A stretch of DNA of 57,425 bases, filler included, from Circinaria calcarea (GCA_051942165.1; 2 parts of 2 records of this genome joined end to end with filler, not necessarily neighbours in it), one strand, 5' to 3'; counted from the first letter of the whole stretch, positions 1 through 11,810 are shown. Program-made: numbers and translations. The notes: generated from the sequence alone by a model not told the origin.

Positions 1-1031
1 GAGGTAGGATACGAGAAAGGAAAACTATGTAGATAGATAGTCTTCCTGAAAGGGGGGGGGGGGGGTTTCGGGGTGTTAGTTTTGTAGGGCGGGGGAGATA
101 GTTTGGGAAGAAGAAGAAGGTTTATCCTCCAATACCATACACGCTTTGAGTTGCAGTCTTCAAGTTAGCCTTATGGTAGGTAGAAAGAGAGGCCTGAGTG
201 TAGAATTGCACGCAAAACGACCCCACGAGTCTCGAGCCCAAATCTACCAGTCACTGTACGTACAAGGTAAGGTGAGGTGCACCCTCGCAAGGATTTTAAT
301 ACTTGTTAGAAAGGGGAATACCGATCGGCAAAACCGGGCTAACGAGCTTTAACCTCTCCCCTTCCCTTTACCTTCCTCTTCCCTTCTTCTTCCCCCTCCC
401 ATACCCCCGGGGAACTAGAAGACCCACACCCGAGTTAAAAGGTCCCTACCGTTCGAACGAAATCGAAAATCGAAATGATTTTGCGATGCTTGTCCGTCTC
501 CCCCCTTTCGGAAACAACCCCTATGCGAGTGAACTGCTAAATTTCCAAGAAAATTCCTTTTTCTCTTTTTAACAAGTGTAGCTGTTTAAATGCCTAGCTA
601 CCTACCTTTAGGCGCGCAAGGAAAGCTTTTACTATTCGCTGGGGGATGGAAACAATATACATGAATTGATTGATATACACCCGAATCAAAAAGTATGTAA
701 AAATGAACCAAAAGAAAAAACAGGGGCCCGGGAAGGAAAAATGGAAACGGGCTATCCGATCCGAGCCCAGTCATCATTGATCGTCTCAGGCAAACAGAAA
801 GGAACGCCCTTATCCACCAGAGGATCCGTAAGATACGCCTTCGAAAATGCCACGCCCCCTATCCCAAGAGCCCCACCCTCTTTGATGCATAATCCCCCTG
901 CCGCCTTCCCCTTTTCCTCCCCAGCGCTTCCTTCGCTCCCACTTTTCTTCATACCTCTGAACCTCCCCACCTGCCCTCATCTCCTTCGTCTGCGTCCCCC
1001 TTCGCCTCTTCTAGACATCCAGAGGCCTCCC

Positions 1032-4000
1032 TCAAGAGTCCTTATCCTTGTAGAACTTCCTCATGATCAAATGCAAGAATAAATTCACACTCACTCGCAA
1101 CCCCGTCCCCTGCCCGAAAAACTCCAGAAACTGCGTGCCGTTAAACTGCGCCTGCAGCAAATCGTCCAGCGGCACCTGCGCGCTGGCTCCCGGCATCGCA
1201 ATACTGCCGCTGCTCCCCTCGATCGTGAACACGCCCACCTCGTTGCTGGCAATGGTGAGGTCGATCTGGTAGTACTGACGTTCATTGTACCCGTGCCACG
1301 AGATGAGAATACCACGATTGAAGAGTTCTTGGGCCGAGTATTTGAAGGAGCCGAATTTGGGGATCCGTCCGGAGCGTTGGAGTTCGCGCTCGTGATCCCA
1401 TTGTTTGGTAAATGGCATGAGGAAACGTTTCTTGCCTTTCTTGTTTTGCAACGTGACCATGGCTTGCTCGATATAGTCGTTGTACGTCTTGAGTTGCTGC
1501 TCTAAATAAACAGCTTGGTCATTCAGCCTGGCGAGGGTGAGACGCACGCCTTCGAGCTCACGTTGGCGCTGGATTCGTCGTCGATGTTTCGTACGGATGT
1601 CAACAGCGATGGCGTTGAGAATATCTTGATAATGGTTGTGTCGAGTAAGGCGGCCGAATTTCTCGAGGTGGAGGATGTTCTCGAGAGCAGTGCGTTTGAG
1701 TTCATAATAAGACATTGAAGCAATATCAATCATAGTATTGGCTTCGGCGTATGCACCACGTTTACGGCTCCCTACGGATAGTTCATCGCGGACTAGGCCT
1801 TCCCATCGGTCTTCATCCTCAATGGTGATTGGCTTGACCATGATTTCCATAAGGTTGGCGCCAGATTGTACACGGATAATGTAGAGAATGCACCTTTTCG
1901 TTTCCATAAAAAGAGCCTTTACTTCAGCATCGGGATCTAAGCCCTCAAGTCAGTACCCTCTATAGAGATGTGGCCATATTACCTTCTGCTTACCTTCTAT
2001 ATCGTGGAGTTTCGGGTTCAGCGTCAGACAAATCTCGGATGTACTGACACTCATAAGTTCGTTCTCATTGTTCTTCGCACTACCGACTTCACGGATGATA
2101 TCTCTGAGGATATCATCCTGACTGGGGCAAATGTATGCTATATCTGCGGCAACGATATGATGGATGGAGAATATGTCCGCCATTTTAATGTATAGGGTCG
2201 GCTTCGTCTTTGCATACAGATCATTGAACTCGTCAATGTCAAATTGTATTTCAGCATCCGGGACAGTGATTACTGGAAGATCATCAGTAAAGCCAATGAC
2301 AGCGATGATGCAGTTAATAGGATGCTCACAGTTACCCCAAATTTCACCAAGTCGCTCGACCGATTCAGTGACATAGCTGTTGAGAGGCTGCAGAAAGATA
2401 TTCTCGGCGCCAAAGAGTTTCCCGGCTGCAACCTGACCGATGAGCTTCGCTACTTCGCCGAGGTTTCTTTTATGTTCTTGGGAGAGACCTCGATCTACCA
2501 CACCAAATTTCTCCGGCTCCAGCAAAGCGGGCTGCAGGTAACTCTTCCATATCCAATGACCTACAATCTGCAGTATGTGGCCGGGCTCTTCATGCTGAAA
2601 CCTTGAGGTAAGATATTCGAACATTTGTTGGGCAATGTATCTCACACCGTAGGGCATCTTGTGAAGCAGATCTTCGAATGCGGCAAAGAATTGGTCGGCA
2701 ATGTTCCGCAGTTCCTGAAGATTGGCGATGAAAGTACGTTTCGTTTCTTCATCTTTGATAGCTTTTTCAGGGGGGATATCCGTCCTTCGCTGACTGCGCT
2801 GACCCGTCCGCAATTGTTCGTTCTCGATAGCTGAAAGGTAAATCTGCATCGGATCACTCTCAAGATCAAGTCCAGGGTTGTCGATGATATTATCCTTCAC
2901 GAGTGGACCGAGGATTTCTCGCATGTATTTCCGATCCCTTGGCGACTTGATGTAGGCGCTGAACACCTTGGCCCAGAAGAAATTACCACGGAGATAATCT
3001 TGGATGGAGGGACAACTATCTACCTCCTCCTTGATGGATCGTGTGAGGAGCTTGAGTAGGTAGTATTCTTCTCTGCGTTTCTGCGCGTAGCCGAAAAGCC
3101 CCATGATCAGATGTTTCATTCGCTCGCATTCCTTCTCCGGAGTGGCTTGCTCTCTAATTCTCTTGAACGACCTAGCAAGGTATTGGGGCTGTGTTTGTAA
3201 CATGAAGAATAGCTCTTGATAATGCTCTAATTTCCTCCTGGAGTTCTTGTTGAGCGCTTTGAGATCAAAGGGGTCTTTCGAAGCCATCTCCGTATTAGTG
3301 AGTAGGTTACCAACAGAGCCTCCAAAATGCTTCTGATGCTTCACAACTTCATCCAGGGTGATCTTATTTTTGACGAGCAAGGCAATTTTGATGTCTAGCT
3401 GGGTAATGTATTGATCAGCCATCTCATTCTGCCGTACATGCTGCACAACAGTCTTCCTAAGCCGTTCAAATTCCACCTCTTCGTCGAAATCGAAATCGCT
3501 GTCGTTGAGTAAATGCACAAAGCCTTTTACGGTCCCAACTGGAGGGTTTTTGCCGCTGGTCAAACTCTTGTAGGCTTCCCCCTGCAACTTTCCCCGTATG
3601 AAACTTTGAACTTTGACCACCTTCTCCATGTTCTCCTTGTAGAAGCGTTTCTTTTCCACGAATTTTTCCCGGACGAGCTTGCCACGAGCAGCCGCTTGAA
3701 GGGCATCTGTTACGTGCTCTACTTCATCAAGTTGAGTAAGGACATCACCTACTTCAAGTCTGACAAGCATTGCACGGGTAAGTGCTTGTAACTGAATGAT
3801 CTGAGGCTCGTTCGGCCAAAGCTCGTCGAGTAAATCACGTTGGGTTTGGCGCAGTAAGCAACCACGTATGTTGGACTGAAGAGTAACGACCTTGGAGGTT
3901 TCCTTGTGTAGTTTTCTAAGATCTGATGATTGCTGTTGTCGGAAGATATATCCTCGAGTGGCAGCCTGTAAGGAAGTGATCGTAGCTTTAGCCTTAGATA

Positions 4001-6440
4001 AGGATGACCTAACGTGGTTCGTACGAAGTCGAATAGCTAGGCCACGTGCATGGGCCTGTATGACAGCAATCTCCGCTGCTCGAGAGTGGAGCTGTCTTTG
4101 GACATCCTGAATCTGCTTTCTCAACAGCAAACCCCTTGACACCGCTTGCAAGGCACACCACAGTCCAGCATGGCTTCTTAATGTGTTCTTTTGACTTGCC
4201 ACACAAGATCTTGCAGCCATCCCACGAGCTGCAGCTTGTATGGCAACCAAGAGGCCATCATTACTTCGTATGGCGGCGTCTTGACTGGACAAGTGACACC
4301 TTACTGCCATACCACGTGATGCGGACTGTAGGGATCGCCACATGCCTGTATTCCTTTGTAGTGCAAAGTTCTGGTCTGACATGCTGGATCTCGCTGCCAT
4401 CCCACGAATTGCAGCTTGTAGGTTACACCAGAGGGCTTCGTTGTTCCGTAGTGCTATATCCTGTATCAATTGGTATGATCTGGAAGCCATACCACGAGCT
4501 GCGGCTTGAAGTGTTGTAATGCTATCCGAAGATTGTTGTAGCTGCAAGTTTTCCCTCTTCCTTCGCTGTCGTTCTATAAGTCCTCTCGCGGCCGCTTGCA
4601 AGTTTTCTACACCGGTCTCAGCAGCGAGAGTATCTTCATATTGCTCGTTAATACGATTACGCTCCAAAGCACCTCGGATTGCAGCCTGGAAATACCGCAC
4701 GCCAGATTCATGCCGACGGGCGCTGCTCTTAAGCTGACTCGTCTGTTCCCGAGCTCTTCTCGCCCGTATGAGGCTTTGTAAGGTGAGTATCTCGGCTGAG
4801 TTGCTCTTCCACCAGTCTTCCTTACCTTGTTGCCTTGCTCGTACCAAGTACCCTCTCGAGGCACTTTGCAGGCTAGTCGCAAAGCGCTTCATAGTCAAGC
4901 GATACTCAGCAATCTGCCTTGCCCAATCTCCTCGAATTCTGGCTTGAAGATCAACGAGCATTTCTTCAGCATCCCATAGCCCTTGCATCTTGTCACCAAG
5001 GCGCATGCGAATCAAAGCACCTCTGATTTGAGTTTGCAGATCCACTATTATACTCTCATTCTCAGCCAGTTCACGTTGTATTCTATCCTCTTCTGACTCC
5101 ACAGGCTCCGGTTCCGGTTCCGGCTCAGGCTCTGCGCCAAAGCTTGCTCCCATACCAGAAAAGCTGGGCATATTTACACCTGCCCTGTCCAGTCCCTTCT
5201 GCATCTCTTCTAACTCGTGATCTTCAAATTGCAACTGTCCAACCAAATTACCAATTCGAAATCCTACCATACCATTCCGATACAACAGCCAAGACAATGC
5301 GTGAATACAATATATGACCTTGGGTATATTTTTCTTCTCGTAGAGATCAATCAACTCGAACCGGAAAAGCTCGGGAAGTTCAATCTCCCCGAGAAAGCGG
5401 AAGAATAAAGCGATATTATCAGAATGTCGGAATTGTAGCTTTTCGTGGCGGAAGATACGTAAAGTTCGGTTTGGGGTGAATACCTGTACAATCTCTGCAA
5501 GAGTGACTCCATCTCGTAAAGCTTCTTCCAGCTGGACTATCGGTGGGATCGGCTTATGTATGATATCCTCTATCCATTCTTTTGCCTCACCAATGTGACA
5601 TAGATACTCGTACGCCTGTAAGAACTGTCGCTGTTGATCCATCCAGTTCCGTCCTGCCCATGCATACCCAGATCCATTGGTTAATGCGACTGTACCTTTG
5701 CTACCCCTCGTAGAATCTGTACGCTTTAATTGTCTTCTGCCAAGTAGTCCAACAACAGAGGGTGCAGGCACCGTCATTGATGAGAGGTCGTCCTTTGATC
5801 CATTTTGTGCGAACTTTGATAAAGTGAGAAGATGACTTGTGGTAGAATTCTTCAACGTTGTAAGATCTGGAGGGCTTAAGACTGAGGCGTGAGGGTTAGT
5901 GTTAGCATGGTGTATGTGAGGTCGTCCCGAAGTGGAATCAGCGCGGCTGAGAGTCATTGAGTGCGCATGAGGATGGTTGGGTTGTGATGTGGACAACGGC
6001 CGAGTGTAGACTCCGTCATCATATCGGAACTTTGGCGGCTCATTCAAGATCTGACCGCGCGACTGTCTGGAAGAAACAGTTTTATATGTTGCTGGAGGTG
6101 ATCCGTTTGGGGCCTGCGGTAGTGGTCTCAGCGACTGTCTTGTATTCCGGTATGTCCCCACCGGACTCGACTCATTGCTGTTGAGGAATCCGCTCCCAGC
6201 TGCGGAAGGACTCATCCCAGCTTCGCTGCTGCCACGCTTGTGCCCAGCCCCGTTGTACTGATAACCGCTAGATGCTGCGGATGATATTGTACTGGTCCGA
6301 CTAGGTGGATATGGGTTCGAAAAGTTTGAATGGGCAGAAGATGTTGTCGAGGCGTTGGAAGATTGCCGCAAGGGACTTGTACGTGGTAGAGGGTATTTTG
6401 CGCTTGATTGCTGGTGTAATGGAGGGTTGAAAGCCATCAC
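1032..6440 (-). CDS. IQG1: IQGAP-family actomyosin-ring scaffold (Iqg1/Rng2/SepG-like): CH domain, IQ repeats, RasGAP-related domain, RasGAP_C
   Basis: Contains AYEYLCHIGEAKEWIE...LRDGVTLA (calponin-homology region), many LQAAARG IQ motifs, FGYAQKRREEYYLL and DLESDPMQIY (GRD), and KFGSFKYSA...VNLFLHLI (RasGAP_C). The two ORFs (1950-6440 and 1032-1907) are joined by a GTAAGC...CTGAC...TAG intron near 1938-1992. A further 57-nt in-frame intron lies near 2273-2329. Confidence 0.95.
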
Positions 6441-7227
6441 ATTTATAGAGATCGCCGTCTCGATGGCTTATCCGTGGTTTCTAAATGACTCGGTACAGCA
6501 ATGTACATGGTATCTGCCTTGACCGTTTTGGCGGCCGCTCCCTGCGGATTACTGCCGGCTTATCCAGGTGCCAAATAAATACACGCTGCAAGTGAGGGGA
6601 GGACGAGCGCAATGCCGTGCTTGTGACTTTTGTCTTCTTGGCTTCAAAAGGGAATGTTTGATCTTCTGCCGGAGAATACGCGGAAACCTCCCAAAGCTCC
6701 GATAATCCCACAATTTGCCCGATTGAGGACCGACGGTCAAGATTGAGGTCGAACTGTTTGTTGATATCGCACCGCGGTTATCGCTCCCGAGGCTAGCCCA
6801 TATCAAGAAAGCGTCCTTTCACGTCCTCACGTGGGGTCCAATCCTTTTTTGGTCGAGCTGATGCATGAGGCTGCCCTTTGTCCAGAGAGAAGCAAAGCTT
6901 TTCAGACTGGTAATCCTCTGTTCTCTGCTATCCTTCTGCAGACCTTAACGAAAGCTTTCCGATTGAGCTTCACCTTCATCTGGCTGAGCTCGACCAACGG
7001 TCTTGTTTACTATCCACCATTAGTCATCTAGCGCCTTCGCGTCAGACCCCACATTGAAATTTCCGTAAAGAAATTCTTACTTTTTGCTCTTACCTCTTAG
7101 GAGAAGATATCTTCAACCCGTCAACATAAGCTTAAACATCTCCGGCCGTTGACTATTTCATTCTCGTTTCCTGCCGTTGTTATACCAGTAACGTGCTAGA
7201 TTGCTAGCTCTATCCTCATTTGTCAAG

Positions 7228-9143
7228 ATGCCTCTCACAAACGGTGATGTGTGCTTAGGTTCAGCACATTTGCTCTCTGCGACCGAACTCCTAAAATTCA
7301 CCACTGCCCTTGACATTCTAGAGAAAGAGTATCCCCAGCGAGATGGATTGGATGCAAAGACGCTTCTAGACTCCCACACCAACGGCGGACTCACTTACAA
7401 CGATTTCCTTATTCTCCCAGGCTACATTGGTACATGCAGGTCGAACATCCAGATGATTGGCGGCTGACAGACCGTGCAGGCTTCTCTGCTTCTGATGTTA
7501 TCCTCGATACCCCTGTAACCAAGCGAATCTCCCTAAAGACTCCGCTTGTTTCCTCTCCAATGGACACCGTGACAGAACATTCCATGGCTATCCATATGGC
7601 TCTTCTTGGCGGCCTGGGTGTCATCCACCATAACTGTTCCGCCGAGGACCAGGCGGAGATGGTTAGAAAGGTAAAAAGGTTCGAGAACGGATTCATCCTT
7701 GACCCTGTCGTCCTCTCCCCTAAGACCACGGTAGGCGAAGCGAAACTACTCAAAGAGAAATGGGGATTCGGAGGATTCCCAGTCACAGGTTAGTTGTCTT
7801 GTTCCTACAATTGCGATATCCCCATCTTCTCGAACTTATTATGATGCATAAAACAACACAAATAACTTTCGTTCATCCACAACGATTCCATCGTATTGCG
7901 GAAATCCGATAATATAACTGAGATGCGTCTATGAAGAGACGATATGCTGTGCAGTAGGTGTGATGGGCTAGAATCGTGTGCTGATGGTTTACGTGTCGTA
8001 GAGAACGGCACCTTACGATCTAAGCTTGTCGGAATTATTACCACAAGGGACATTCAGTTTCACCCAAACCTAGAAGACCCCGTCACGTCGGTAATGTCTA
8101 CAGATCTTGTCACTGCCCCATCTGGAACCACCTTGACCGAGGCGAACGCAGTCCTTAGCAAGTCTAAAAAAGGCAAGCTGCCTATCGTTGATAGCAACGG
8201 TCATCTTGTTTCCTTACTGTCACGGTCCGATCTGATGAAAAACCTGCACTACCCGCTGGCATCAAAGCTACCTCATTCTAAGCAGCTAATCTGTGCTGCC
8301 GCAATCGGTACGCGACCTGACGACAAGGTACGCCTCCAGAGTCTAGTCGATGCAGGCTTGGATATTGTTGTTCTTGACAGTAGTCAAGGCAACAGCATCT
8401 TCCAGATCGAGATGGTCAAATTTATCAAGGAGAAATACCCAGAGCTAGATGTTATTGGGGGCAATGTAGTCACTAGGGAGCAAGCAGCTTCTCTGATCGC
8501 AGCTGGAGTTGATGGTCTTCGCATTGGAATGGGAAGCGGAAGTGCTTGCATCACCCAGGAAGTCATGGCCGTAGGCAGACCTCAAGCAGCTTCAGTATTC
8601 AATGTGTCAACCTTTGCAGCTCGTTTTGGTGTGCCGTGCATCGCGGACGGAGGTATACAAAACGTCGGCCACGTTGTCAAGGGACTGGCACTAGGCGCTT
8701 CCACTGTCATGATGGGAGGATTACTTGCGGGTACTACCGAATCTCCAGGGAACTACTTTGTCAGTCGGGAAGGACAATTGGTGAAAGCGTATCGAGGTAT
8801 GGGCAGCATCGATGCCATGGAGGATAAGAAAGCCGGATCCGGTGGCAAGAACGCGAAAAAGAACAATGCCGGTACAGCAAGGTACTTTTCCGAGGGAGAC
8901 CGCCTACTGGTAGCCCAAGGCGTGTCGGGCTCCGTCCTTGATCGGGGATCCGTCACCAAATTCGTCCCATACCTTATAGCCGGCCTTCAACATTCGCTAC
9001 AAGACATTGGTACGAAGAGCTTACCAGAGCTTCGGCAAGGCGTGCTCGACGGCAAGGTTCGATTCGAGCTGAGGACGGTCAGTGCACAAGCTGAAGGTAA
9101 CGTGCACGGATTGCACAGCTTCGATAAGAAGCTGTATTCATGA
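7228..9143 (+). CDS. imdA: Inosine-5'-monophosphate dehydrogenase (IMPDH), 3 exons
   Basis: Motifs [27 protein letters not shown] pair, catalytic [18 protein letters not shown] and KAYRGMGS. Introns at about 7430-7479 and at 7789-8001. Confidence 0.97.
7837..7924 (+). ncRNA. snR54: Intronic box C/D snoRNA, snR54/SNORD59-like (18S rRNA 2'-O-methylation guide)
   Basis: Lies inside the 213-nt IMPDH intron. C-box-like ATGATGC at 7841, guide TAACTTTCGTTCA at 7863-7875 complementary to the conserved 18S sequence (T)GAACGAAAGTTA, D box CTGA at 7918-7921, and flanking complementary segments (ATATC..TCTTC / GAAGA..GATAT). Yeast snR54 is hosted in an intron of the IMPDH gene IMD4. Confidence 0.85.
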
Positions 9144-9531
9144 ATGGCCTCAAAGGCAAATGCTTTATGGCACCGGGTGGCGTTGGAGCGAAAGGGGAAA
9201 ACATGAGGGGTGAGAGGATAAGATTTGCATTTTACAGAATAGATACCCTAAACAGACACGCAAGCGGTAACTTAACTGTCGAGAATAGGGGTTCTACACT
9301 ACGTGGGAACGAACTGACGGAGCGGGTTAACTAATTACCGTGACGTACACATAGCAGAGTTTTCTGCTATGCAATTCTGCAGTCAAGTCAATACCATTAG
9401 ACTGGTAGTTACCATAGCAATCCAAGTCTGGTTGAAACTAATAGCATGACCCCGGAGGACTTTCTCTTGCGAGAACTGTATCCCGTCATAATTCTTTGAG
9501 AGCTTGAAGGTAAATACGAGCTAAGACTACT

Positions 9532-10533
9532 TTACGCTACATCCTTGCTGTTCCCGTCCCTAACCAGCGTTCCCGGGTCGTATTTGCGTGGCTTCATATA
9601 CCTTTGCAGTGCCTCCCAATCAACGCACTCGCGTAGTACGTTCGGCCGCGGCGTGAGGGCATGGCCAACGATCTGCGACCAATAATATGGCAAAATTGTA
9701 AGATCCGGATTGCACATGACAGATGTACGCAGTGACTCGAGGCAGTGTACTATGCAAGGTGAGCCTCTACTTGCCAATTTTTACACCTGAAACAGAAGAA
9801 TGGCACCATACCGTTGTGCTCCTTGTTACTTTCACGCTGCTCCGCGGTGATGTTCGGGTAATAATAGCTTTCGTGTATCGTTTGGCGAAGTCGTCGCTGA
9901 AGAATTGTCAAACAGGCACGATGAAGGATTGCTGGAGAACTTACGAGACAATGAAGGTTGTGATCGAACCCAGTGATTGTGGCAAAGTCACCATTAGGCA
10001 ACGAGACGCTTTCAGTAATATCCAGGCGCGCAGCTTCGTCGGCGAAGACACGAAGACCGTGGGCTATAAGGATATTAAGCCAGAGTAATCTTCTCACTCT
10101 TGTCTGTTAATATCGAGCACTCACGGTGAAGCAGATCGTTCCAAGCCTTGTCAGACTCGCGATTAGGCTCTCCCATAAATTCCTGATTGTCCCAGTAACC
10201 CCTTGGAGGCGTGTCGATCTCGTAATGGATTCCAGGAGATAAGGGTGCTGTGAAGGCTGTGTTAGGTTTGTGATATCGTAGGCAACCTTCTTCCCACGTA
10301 CAGAATAATCTTTGTGGGCAAAGACTGCCAGGTTTGGTGTTCGGTAAGACTGAGGACCAGTTGAAGACAAGGAGTGCCAATATGAATACCGTGCTGTGGG
10401 TCAAGGTACTCACAATCCCGCGTCGAATTCGACTGCGGGAGGAGAAAGCAGAGCGTTGACCACATTTCGCACATTCGTATGAATCACAGTGATCTTGCTC
10501 AAGCAGAAGTAATTGCTTCTCAGTCTCGTCCAT
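9532..10533 (-). CDS. DUF3328 / UstYa-like (mycotoxin biosynthesis) oxidase with N-terminal TM anchor, multi-exon
   Basis: N-terminal hydrophobic segment (TVFILALLVFNW), FMGEPNRESDKAWNDLL, and twin HxxHC motifs recovered after splicing (FDHNLHCL|RRLRQ and EHNVHCLESLRTSVMCNPDLT), ending in RECVDWEAL. These are hallmarks of DUF3328. Confidence 0.9.
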
Positions 10534-11168
10534 TGTATATGTCTTCTGTAGGTAAAGATCATGGGCTGGGGAGAATGACAAAGGTTTCCAACGTTACGAA
10601 GAAGAACGAGCAATAAGAACCCAGGGCGGGGGATGGTTGTTCACCAGCCTATTAAAGCTACCCAGAATCGATTTTGAACAACAGACTGGTATCGAGAAAG
10701 GGATAGGATAGATGTTACTAGCGCAAACTCAGGCTTCGGAACTGCTATGCCGGACGGGCTGGTCACTATAAATGCAGGATGCCTTACCTTGCGAGAAGCT
10801 GCATCTTCCAGATCATCCGCTCCCGCAAGACGATGGCACAGCTGTCCGACTGCTGCTGATCGTCTGTTGCCTGTTCTAGGCTCATGCCGTCGTGCAGTCA
10901 AGGGATTAGCTAAGATCAACGCACATGCAGCTGGAACCCTAATCCAACCAGTTGCTTGGAGGAGTTCTCGGGCGTTGTACAAACAGAGTATGAAGGACAT
11001 TTCATCTAAGTAATAACTGAAAGGGTTAGAAAGCCGGCTAAATCGCGCAATCCGAGCACAGATCGGCATATGAGTATTAAGCGAAAGAGAATTATATAAA
11101 GGAAGCTTGCAAATCACCTCAAAGGCTATCGACATCCCCAAACCAATTCCAAAGTCTGCCACCTTGAG

Positions 11169-11175
11169 TATAAAA
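11169..11175 (+). promoter_or_regulatory. TATA box of the small secreted peptide gene
   Basis: TATAAAA about 60 nt upstream of ATG 11232, followed by a CA-rich leader. Confidence 0.55.
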
Positions 11176-11231
11176 CTTCCATACAACATCAACAATAACT
11201 TTACACGGCCAAAAGTTGGTTCCACTTTAGA

Positions 11232-11481
11232 ATGCGTTTCCAGCTTCTCCTCCTTACTGCTGCTTACGCCTTTGTTGTTCTTGCACTACCTATCGTCGAT
11301 AGTAAGTGATGCTATATTCAAGGCTTCTTAACTCTTTGCGCTGACTGAGCAAGCGGATTTAAAAGAAACATTGCCGGACATCGAGACCGCGTTACTGCTC
11401 ACTAAGCGGAATGAAGCCGGTGTAAAAAAACCGTCAGCCGAGTTAGAATCACCCCCTTTGATGGAGATTGCTCTCAATTGA
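11232..11481 (+). CDS. Small secreted peptide (65 aa, 2 exons) with signal peptide and Kex2-type KR site; candidate RiPP precursor
   Basis: Exon 1 is 11232-11301, the intron is 11302-11353 (GTAAGT...GCTGAC...AAG, 52 nt), and exon 2 is 11354-11481, followed by a second in-frame TGA. The product is MRFQLLLLTAAYAFVVLA|LPIVDTDLKETLPDIETALLLTKR|NEAGVKKPSAELESPPLMEIALN. It is absent from the ORF track because it is spliced. Confidence 0.8.
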
Positions 11482-11586
11482 TGAAGGGTGGACAGCGGCG
11501 CGGACAGACAAAGCATGCATGGGCAATAGTTTGGATCGGCAAGAGTTTGAACTCCATAGTTTCTAGACGTGTTGAAATTAAAGCTT

Positions 11587-11810
11587 TCACCTTTCTGCCA
11601 ATCCTGCAATGTATTCTCAATTTCTCAGACCGTCGATACGTCTCATCAATGATGAACCAACCCTGGTAGGTATCTGTAATAACTCATGCAGTTCATCAAA
11701 GAGTCGCATCAGCAAGCTTTCTCTCCTCCGTTGGCCCTTATGCGGCCTGTTCGCCGGACTTTTGTTGCCCGGGTTGGTACTCGCGATACCAGCCGCATGC
11801 CGATGCCTTC
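11587..11810 (-). pseudogene. Possible decayed bHLH-like coding remnant
   Basis: The minus frame reads RPHKGQRRRESLLMRLFDELHELLQIPTRVGSSLMRRIDGLRN*EYIAGLAER*, resembling the bHLH basic/helix1 (RRR...FDEL..LL) and helix2 (EYI..L) pattern, with an internal stop. Confidence 0.25.

Noticed and set aside
52..96. G-rich tract as telomere or G-quadruplex element
   Set aside because: No TTAGGG repeats. It is a homopolymer near a contig end, as is the terminal poly-C at about 57405-57425.
7228..9143. IMPDH as a self-resistance gene (mpaF-like) for the adjacent accessory cluster
   Set aside because: It keeps the canonical Tyr in KAYRGMGS, where the Penicillium IMPDH-B/MpaF type has Phe. It also hosts the ancestral snoRNA intron and sits head-to-head with IQGAP, so it looks like the housekeeping copy. 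A second genomic IMPDH copy would reopen the question.
10641..11225. ORFs of 194 aa (-) and 88 aa (+) between DUF3328 and the peptide gene
   Set aside because: No recognisable motifs. They overlap the presumed divergent promoter and are likely chance ORFs.
11232..11481. Alpha-type mating pheromone precursor
   Set aside because: It has a signal peptide and KR but lacks repeated mature-peptide units, X-A/X-P dipeptide spacers and the Trp/Cys-rich motif of Pezizomycotina alpha pheromones.
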